A stretch of 57,419 bases of DNA, counting the filler, from Thelocarpon superellum (lineage: Eukaryota), in NCBI GenBank assembly GCA_026025795.1. It is 2 parts of 2 records of this genome, joined end to end, with 100 filler letters (N's around TTAATTAATTAA, not from the genome) between each part and the next. Parts side by side here need not be neighbours in the genome. Positions count along the whole stretch, not along the records: positions 28,829 to 57,419 come from JAPEUG010000234.1; 1 more part is not named here. The stretch is one strand, 5' to 3'. The translations under genes and the position numbers were made by a program. The notes beneath the pieces were generated by a model. It saw only the letters and a list, made by a program, of their open reading frames with translations, did not search any database and was not told the DNA's origin. Below are positions 49,162-57,419 of this stretch, piece by piece (the stretch's first letter is position 1; every line of letters starts with the position of its first letter).

Positions 49162-51087
49162 AGCGTCGCGAGAGTGTTCGACGAGCGTGGTGGACGATAG
49201 TGCGACTGGTATGATCACACTCTTTCAGGTGGCGCAAAGTCAATCCATTGAGGGACGGAGGCGCGTAGGCGCGTAGGCGGGTAAACCGGGAGGGCGACAC
49301 GTCTGTAATCACGTGATTGGTGTTTGGCAACGGACACGGCCGTCAATTGTCAACCCAACCGAATCACTCTTCTCCACACTACGTGACTGCAAAGAGACTT
49401 ACCGTCGAGGGGTACACTTGATCATTCCCTCGAAATCCATCTCTACCGCACATCATGTACCTGCTACACCGGAAGCTTCTTGTGCCAGACATCCCTTACA
49501 GATGGCCGATGAAACGCCCAGGCCAGCCCTTCATCCTCGCTCACTTCGACCCCCTGCCCAAAGACCGCGCGTAGTTGCCCTTGACCATCGCCTCAACGAT
49601 CACCCCAGGTGGCGCGATCAAGAAGTTGTACATTACATGCCGTCCGACGGGAAAGAAAGAGCAACGACGAGAAGCTGCAAAGTGAGTGAGACGTACTATG
49701 ATCCAGCAACGACTGACCTACAGTGGCCAAGTGCATTAAGGGATACTTCAACGGAGGCCTCCCGCGAGCACCTCCCGCTCCTGCCGGCGCGCTTGGCCGA
49801 GATGGGCGGCGTGACGCCAGCGCAGGCCATCGCCGATGCCTACTACGTCGTCGCGGGCATCGCGCTTGTCGTCTCGACGTGCTGCCCCTTAGGCTTGCGC
49901 GGGCTCGACGGCGAGAAGGGCAGGGGCTGAAGGCGCTTGTCGAGCAGGGGCCTCAGAGTGAGGGCACGAAGAGGCCGCCTTACTTGCGCTTCCTGCGAGA
50001 CGACGTCATTCTCGGCGTGACCGACGCAGATATAGGCCTGAGCTATCTCGGCGTGGCGGGGTAAGGTTCTCTCGCGGACAGGTCGACCGTCGTGACCTCG
50101 CAGGGCCTCTTCGGTCGGCATCTCCCTGTGCATCTCGCTGTTTGCGCACGCCCACTTCATCCGCTCGGCCCTATGTGCGGGCGACGCGACGGGGCATTCG
50201 GACAAGATGAAGGCCGAGTGCAAGCGGGCGTATGTGCTGGCGGCCGGTGCATCAGCTCCGCCTCCTGCTGTCCCCGCTGACCAATTGTCAGAGCTCGGTG
50301 GGACGACGCAGCTGACGGCCTTGCACTTCGCGCCAGTTGTCGGCCAATGATGAGGGATCATGTGCCCGGTTGATCGTTGAGCATGGAAAGTGTACGTCTT
50401 CTTGGTGTCTTTGGTCTGTGTCCGGCGTGTGATCATTTGTTCGGGTACATCCAACCGCTTATATCTTAAGGCCTGAGGGAAGGCGTACCACGAGCCATCG
50501 GCGCACTGCCGGGCGAGGTAGATGCCCCGAAGGCAGTGCGTGGATGATTTCTGTCGTGGTGGAGATGTTCCGGCATCCGAAGCACGGGACTTTCGGCCCT
50601 TGTGGCAGAGGCAGACGGGTTGCATCAAAATCGGACCTACCGAAGCGTTGTGGGATGTGGACCGGACGGGTAGTCGGGCCTTGTGGCAGAACAGAGGCGC
50701 ACGCAAGACATGGAGGGACACGGAAATGTTGTGGCGTGTCGAGCGGGCGGAACGGACGGAAGCTCGGAGCCTTGTGGCCGATTGAGCGTACAGCCGATTG
50801 CGCGTCGTCATCAACCCGATATGGCGCCGCGGCTGAAGACAGAATTGGCCTAACACGATGTCAGGTGGGTGGCATAGCCGCTGCACCCCACGGCAGCCCC
50901 CCACTCGACGCAGCCCGTGACTCCCGAGTGGAGACGGGCCCTGCTCGTCTATATAAACCTGTTGTCCCACTTCCTTACGCCCTCTCTCGCACCCTCCTTC
51001 ACACTGCCTCACTACGTCTCTCTCAGCGCATTATTCCATCATCCATCTCCCGCGATCTGTCATATCTTCGCACAGCACTTCTGCGGC

Positions 51088-52376
51088 ATGTCTCCCTCCG
51101 GCGACCTCCCGGAGATGTCGGTACCGCAGCGAAAATTGGAGGAAGTGCCCCTTTTCGCTCCACAGCGCAAAGCTCTACGTGGCCGCGATCGCTACAGGGA
51201 ATCACGGTGCCTCCCGTCGTCTGATCCTTTTTCATCCGCCTCGGGCACAACCCTCGACGAGCGGTCGCTCATCGCGAACGAGACCGATGTCTTTCCACTA
51301 TGCGACTCGGCATCGCTCACCATTGACCAGTGGCCCGAGTCCGCTCTCGAGGAGGTCATCGTGTACCAGGGCTGCCCGTCGTCCTTGGTCAGCCTGCTGG
51401 ACGCCGACACACGCAGCAGCGTTGTCGTGTGCGGTCGAGTTCGGGAGGTTCCTAGAGGCCAGCAGCTTCTCGGTATTTGTGCCCCTGGCTACTCGCCTGG
51501 AATCCACGCTGACCGCAACAGTACCAGACCTCGGTGTTGACCAAATGCATGTCGTCCTCGAAGACGTGCGCCAATTCTCCCATTGCACCTACGACGATGG
51601 CTCCTTCGTTATCTGGGCCGCGGGCCGGGCTGGCTGGTTCAAGATCCGGCCCGCAGACGAGTACCGCGATATCTACGCCGGCATGGACGTTGCAGTACGA
51701 CTGTTGCATTTCCTCGAGAGCCATTACTCGGCGCACCAGCACAATGGGAGGTAAGGCAGCGTCGATGAGGTGTGGGAGACGTATACAGTCAGCCACGACG
51801 ACTGCGCGGACGAGACCGGAGCCGCCGAGCTCTTCTACCGCTACCGCGACTTCCTCATTGCCGCTATGCTCGAGGAGGACCCACGCCTGGTTTGGAGCGG
51901 CACGCCATTCTTTCGGCACATGCGGACGCGCTACCCCGACAGCTTCTGGCGCATCCAGTCGCGTCACGCGCCGATGATCGAAGGCAGAGATTTGGGTGGG
52001 GACCCGCAGCTCCATAATGGGCGTAATAGTACGGTATTCGTGCCGAGGAAGCACAGCAGCTGACTGTGTCCAGTGCAGGGGGGGGGATTGGCCGATTAAG
52101 GCCATCCTCGACATCAAGGAGCCCTCAGCCGGAAACGTCATGGCTCGTGTTCGGTGGGAGCCCACTGCAACACGTATCGAGGACGTGCCACGGCTGCAGC
52201 GAGAGGGTCAGGTAACAAAGATCGTCCTGTGTGACAGCGGCAGAGCCGTGGTCCACTGGAAGCCCACATGGGAGTCAATGTCGGCGTTATCAAACACTGA
52301 GGCGGCGATGAAGGAGGTGATATCTCGACACTCGCGCCGAGGTCGGCGTTGCTTGGAGATTCGGCGGCGCAGGTAG
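51088..52376 (+). pseudogene. RFTS (DNMT1-RFD-like) domain + C-terminal chromo-like segment; in-frame TAA at 51752-51754
   Basis: DQWPESALEEVIVY...VSLLDA....VVVCGRV/..VVLEDVRQFS...DDGSFVIWAAGRAGWFKIRPA..YRDIY..M..AVRLLHFL...AELFYRYRDFLI..M...W..TPFF.HM resembles fungal DNMT1-RFD proteins, followed by WPIKAILD...ARVRWEPT and VVHWKPTWE. Introns at 51473-51521 and probably 52034-52073. Confidence 0.75.
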
Positions 52377-53118
52377 GCAATTCCTCGAAGCTGCTGTTGA
52401 ACTACACAACTAGACTTTCCTAGCCTCGCGTATATGGGTGGATCAGGGCTTGGACGAATGTCGGCCCGGCGCTGAAAGTCTGGCTATTATCGTCCGAGGT
52501 GATGGCCATCTCTTCAAGTGAGAGGCGTTTTCAGGCAAGTCAACTCTCCAGGCTGTGCCACTCACCCTACCGAGACTGCTTTCGTGACTTCGGCCACCAA
52601 TACCCTTTTACGCTTCGTGACCCGAGTCCCTGCGTCGATGAGATAGGGGCCGGTGCAGGGGATGTACCAATGGTGGCCACGCCGCTTCCCACTCAGGCGA
52701 GGGCGGATGGTCGCGCATACGCCCCATGCTCTCTGACTTGATTGGCAATGCACAGATGCGATGGCGCTACCGGCAGGTCCTCTCTTTGGCGGTAGTGAAC
52801 GGCCAGAAAGGCGTGCTCTTGCTCGACGCGCGACGAGCTTATGTCAAACCTCAATCGATGACCGCCCATCCTAGATATTCGCTGCGCTGTGCAGGGCTTC
52901 ATGTGGTGGAGCGTCAAGAGCTTCAGGGCGAATATCATCTGCTGAACAGCTGCAAAGCATATTGATTGTTGTCGAACTCTTCAACCATCAAGCAGACGAG
53001 GGTCAATCTTCTCAATGGAAAAGGAGCTGACAGAGGTAGCGGGTGTCTTGCTCTCGGCAGCCATCTCATCCCCCAATATGACACTGAACGGGGATATGCT
53101 CCGAGAGCCATCATGAGG

Positions 53119-53888
53119 CTTGTAGGGGAGACCTTTTCCTGTTCCGGCGCGTGTGGAGTATTCAAAGACCTCCCCTACACGGGCAGACGTGTAGCAGAAG
53201 ATCTGCAGCGCCGCAGTAAGCTGCACCCTGTAGGCTTCATGCTTGTAGTCATGCCAGTCGTTCTGCCACAGCTGTCGGAGAAGTGTGACAAAATCCTTCA
53301 CCGTGAAGAACTGCCGCTCACGCTGAGTCGTCGACAGCCCGTGTTTCCTCGTGAGTTCACCCTTGATGTACTGAGCCCGTCAGCGAACGAACCAAAGAGG
53401 GTAAATGGGACCAATGGAGCAGTCGGGATCGCGGGCGATGTGGTGCGTACATTGAGGATGGATCACTTCACCTCCGCAGGGATCGGTTTCTCATTCCGTC
53501 GGGCCCAGGCGGATGCGAAGCCTCGCCAGGTCTCCCGAACCGTAAAGACCTTCGCACGACCATCTTTGTCGTCCATCCCTTCCATGCCCAGCGCAACGAA
53601 CTCAATAAAATGTTTCGCGGTCTGCAGATCATGAGGGTTGGCGTCAGGGCGAGTCTTCGTATACCTGGGTGCAGTCAAGGGGACCGGCCGTCAGAATCAC
53701 CGAGGAACATGAGGCGGGGTAGAGAGGACTGACTGGTCCCAGAGGCTCCATTGCCGCGCGTAGAGGGCCTCGGTGCATGGTTGGAGGGAGGAGTGGACGG
53801 GGGACGGGTCGATGGTGGACATGACCTCGTCGAATCCCTTCCTCCGAGCACGCTCCGCCTTCTCCTCAGGGGTCTTCCTCTTAGGCAT
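53119..53888 (-). pseudogene. DUF3435-type tyrosine recombinase (Starship 'captain'-like), truncated, with a premature stop
   Basis: Spliced (introns 53733-53665, 53450-53371): YARQWSLWDQY...DLQTAKHFIEFVA...TVRETWRGF...VK*SILN/YIKGEL..KHGL....RERQFFTVKDF..LLRQLWQNDWHDYKHEAYRVQLTAALQIFCYTSARVGE...GKGL.YK. Includes the candidate catalytic Arg motif (SARVGE); TGA at 53465-53463. Confidence 0.8.
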
Positions 53889-54470
53889 CGTGCGCGCCCG
53901 AGCGGCGGGAAGCAAGGAGGAGATGTCCGCCTAGCGGACAAGAGGATGGGAGAGCGGTCGTCGGGGACGGTCTCGGAGCAATATTGACCGGTCGCGAGCG
54001 AGGATGAGGATGGAGCCGACAGGACGGAGGATCAGAATGGCCGAGTGAAGTGGAGGAAGTCGGAGAGCAGGGCGACGTTCGGAGTGCGGATGGCCCTGAC
54101 CCTGTAGAGGGCCAGCGGCGGGCCCGCGGCCGGGAAACGGGGGGGTGGGCCCCATGCCGGTGGTGGAGAGCCCGAAATGGAGCCTCGAGGGACAATCGGC
54201 AAGAGTTGACGAGGTCTGCGGCAGGAAGATGAGGCTACGAGAGCATGGGGCGACGGAGGTGAGCGGCGGGTGAGGCCGGGGTGAGCGGCGGGTGAGGCGA
54301 GGTGAGCAAAGCGGCGAGAGGGTGAGGCCCGATGCAGAACGGGAGGTGTGGTTATTCGGGCGTGAATACAAAGAAATACGGAATCATACTATGACTCCGT
54401 GTTAAGCTTGATTGTAGAAGTCTGCCAAATGAGACAATAAGCATTTCTCGCGACGTAAAATATAACGTTG

Positions 54471-54560
54471 TGTAGGAATCAAAGCTGAATTGCTGATCTA
54501 CGCGTAGTCGGGATAGTGATAGGAGTTGGCACGTGACCAGATCACCTGCGCGCTCCTACG
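54471..54560 (+). repeat. Second copy of the ~90-bp LTR-like unit (probable solo LTR)
   Basis: About 9 differences from 46559-46649 by hand alignment; flanks CGTTG / (A)CGTCA resemble a decayed 5-bp TSD. Confidence 0.85.
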
Positions 54561-54666
54561 ACGTCATTTACTAACCGATGGGCCCGCTACCTCAAGCACC
54601 GGGAACTCCGAGTCAAGCCGAGTCTAAGCCGGGCAAGCCGAGCATTCTGTTCCGGACAAATCAACC

Positions 54667-56376
54667 ATGGCGGAAGCAGATCAAGAAAGTAGTCGTGCAG
54701 GACACGAATCAAACATGTTTGCAGACTCAGAATCCCTGACGAAAGAGTATGCTCAATGGCTAGACGAGGCAGACCCGCTCGTGCATTTCCGGGAGGAGTT
54801 TATCTTTCCCACCAAGATTTCATTGAAGAGCAAGAGCCTGGGTAAAGCAAGTCCTGATGCGAGACTTACGTCCATTTAAAACATCACGGCTAAGGCAGAT
54901 AGGCTCAATCCAGGAGAAGGACGATTCCGAACCATGCATCTACCTCTGCGGCAACTCCCTGGGCCTGCAACCACGGCGAACGAAGGACCGAATCCAGGCA
55001 TACCTAAGCCTATGGGCAGAAAAGGCCGTGCTCGGCCACTTTGCCGAGTTGGAAGAGTCCCCTATCCCGCCTTTTGTGCACCTGGACGAGATTGCGGCGC
55101 AGAAGATGAGTCGTGTGGTGGGAGCTCGTCCGGACGAAGTGGCCGTCATGGAGACGCTGTCGGCAAATCTTCATCTGTTGATGTCGAGTTTCTACCGACC
55201 TGATGCAGAGAGATACAAGATCATCATCGAGGGCAAGGCCTTTCCCAGCGACCATGTAGGCTTCGTGTGAACCCGATGGGAGAAGAGCCGCTGAGAGATC
55301 TCTTAGTATGCTGTGGAGTCGCAGATCCGCAATCATGGGCTCAACTCCGCCGATGCGTTGATACTGATCGAGCCGACGACGGCGTCAGATCCCACGCTCA
55401 CGACGGCGCAGATCGTGTCGGTCATCGACGAGCACGCTTCCAGCACCGCCCTGCTCCTCCTCTCGGGGATCCAGTACTACACGGGCCAATACTTTGACAT
55501 ACCCACCATCACGGCACACGCTCAGGCAAAGGGAATAGTAGTAGGGTGGGACCTGGCGCACGCCGCAGGAAACGTGGAGCTACACCTGCACGAGTGGAAC
55601 GTGGACTTTGCCGCGTGGTGCAACTACAAGTATCTGAATTCGGGAGCGGGATCTATCGCGGGTCTATTCGTGCACGAGAAACACGGCAAGGTGGACGATG
55701 AGAAGCTAGCATGCGGCGAATATGGCTATCGTCCGCGCCTGGCGGGATGGTGGGGCGGCAATAAGAACCGGCGCTTCATCATGGGAAACAGTGCGTTTCC
55801 ACCCACTCCACTTGACCCCCTCGCACTCATGGCAGGGTGGTGCAGGGAGTAAGGAAGTGGAACAAGCTAAACCGGAGGACAGAGTTCCACCCGATCCCAG
55901 GGGCAGCCGGATTTCAAGTCGGCAACCCGTCCGCACTAGACACGACGGCCGTCCTGGCCTCTCTCGAGATCTTCAGCTCCACGACTATGGCCGCGTTACG
56001 GGGGAAGAGTATAAAACTAACGGGCTACTTAGAGCATCTTTTACTCCATTCTCATTCTTCCTTCCGCAGCTCCTCCGACCCTGCAGGAGCAGGAGCAGGA
56101 GCAGCAGTAAGAAGAGGGGAAGGAGGGGCAGAGAAGCACTACAGCATCATCACGCCCTCGTCACCGAAGAGCAGAGGCGCACAGCTCTCCATCCGCCTGT
56201 CGCCTGGCCTGTTGGACGGGGTAATGGCGGGCCTCGAAGAATCCGGCGTCGTGGTCGACGAGCGCAAGCCCGACGTCATCCGCGTCGCGCCCGCGCCGCT
56301 CTATAACTCTTTCGTCGACGTGTGGCGCTTCGTGCAGATTTTCAGGGACGTGCTTGAGCGTCTTCTTGACCGGTGA
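54667..56376 (+). CDS. BNA5: Kynureninase (PLP-dependent); introns 54842-54902, 55256-55307, 55791-55882
   Basis: [99 protein letters not shown]. Confidence 0.96.
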
Positions 56377-57119
56377 CAAGTGACGAAAAGTAGTCCTCCG
56401 GCGAGAGATGGTGAAATTGAGAAAGGTCTCGTGCTCAATCTTCCACGACGTTTAGCAGAGTTGCTCATGAGCGTCGTTGAGTGTGAACGAGACGATCAAT
56501 ATGTCCATTTCTTCACCCTGGCCTATCGACTCCCTTCATTCCCCCTCCCGCCATACCTACCTTACCTTACCCTACCCTACCAATTCCTGTACTACGGGCT
56601 CCAATTCATACAGGACCCTCCCCATCCTAGCCCATCCTATCAATTTAGAGTAATGCCTGAAATGTGCCCAAGAGCAGCCCAAAAAATTCCGGGAAGGTCA
56701 TGCCGCGAAAATGCCATGAAGATGCCATGATGATGCAGGGGATACGCAGGGGAGATGCAGGGGAGATGCTAATGCATACATGCGCGCATTGCGATGCAAG
56801 TGCGGATGAATTTCGTGTCGCACAATGATGGAATAAGTTCACGGTGTAGGGGATCGATGAGATGATGATGGAATGTAGGTGAGAAGGCTGGTCGCAGACG
56901 TAGGTAACACGATAAAGAGGACGGGTTTCTCTCCCTTCTTCTCGCTCCCGGGAATATTGGAACGACGCTGAAGATGTTGGTGGTGTTGAAGGCGATGATG
57001 ATCGAGGTGATGGTCGTGATCGTGCGGGTGAGAGTAGTAACGAAGTCCATGGCGGGGTAGAGGATGACAGTGAAAGCGAAGATGAGGGACAATGAATACA
57101 AAGGGCCACGTCACTCCAG

Positions 57120-57419
57120 TCAGGAAACTGTACATGAGCTCGTAGATGACCTGGACTTGAATTAGTACCGATTCCTTGCTTGCTGTCTACACAGGCGCAC
57201 CTCCTTACCACTGTTGAGCCTCGATTCGACGGATCCATCGAGCCGCAATCTTCAATCGTTCCCGTACGCTCTTGGTCAACAGCAGCTTGTATTTTTCGTC
57301 GTCCGAGATGGGCAAGATGCTAGCGAACCAATACGGAAAACAGGCGGGGTCGTCCGGGAGGTCTCCGTAGGCTGCCAGGACTCGTTCGTGTAACCATGGC
57401 GCCGAGCTGGCTTGCATGC
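57120..57419 (-). CDS. 3' end of a LON N-terminal-domain/RING protein (LONRF/CrgA-like), partial; last intron 57208-57151
   Basis: PWLHERVLAAYGDLPDDPACFPYWFASILPISDDEKYKLLLTKSVRERLKI is the LON-N C-terminal helix pattern; spliced tail WSSTSSCTVS*. Confidence 0.82.

Noticed and set aside
49843..51012. 389-aa minus-strand ORF in the island
   Set aside because: No recognisable motifs; overlaps + strand relic fragments; probably spurious.
51751..51788. GTAAGG as an intron donor that would remove the TAA in the RFTS gene
   Set aside because: The nearest AG gives a frameshift and there is no good branch site; sequence after the TAA continues in the same frame, so it is a nonsense mutation.
52480..53118. 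Continuation of the captain gene
   Set aside because: Fragments are too degraded to assign confidently; left uncalled.
56769..57101. Hydrophobic 110-aa minus-strand ORF
   Set aside because: Non-ATG start, low-complexity, and lies in the probable 3' UTR of the LON/RING gene; could at most be an alternative tail.

Overview
GC-rich, intron-containing genomic DNA from a filamentous ascomycete (Pezizomycotina-type: 40-200 nt introns with CTRAC branch points). The backbone is housekeeping genes: COPI zeta (RET3), RQC2/NEMF, a STIMATE/vacuolar membrane protein, SF3B14/p14, JHD1 JmjC demethylase, NAD-GDH (GDH2), ADE2, a Con7-type C2H2 factor, a PPR protein, ISA2, kynureninase (BNA5) and the 3' end of a LON-N/RING protein. 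There are also two small secreted proteins and a spliced 56-aa Cys/His micro-protein missed by the ORF track. An artificial 100-nt N/TTAATTAATTAA linker at 28.7 kb splits the window into possibly non-contiguous halves. The highlight is a ~10.4-kb accessory island between ISA2 and BNA5 (~44.2-54.6 kb). It holds an intact Spok-family (spore killer/meiotic drive) gene with coiled-coil repeats, nuclease, Cys cluster and kinase, lying downstream of a decayed DUF3435-type tyrosine recombinase ('captain'). The island also carries an RFTS+chromo-like pseudogene, an MZT1 pseudogene, a LINE relic and two ~90-bp short-LTR-like direct repeats. It looks like a derelict mini-Starship, analogous to the Podospora Spok block. 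Family assignments rest on recalled motifs, not database searches.
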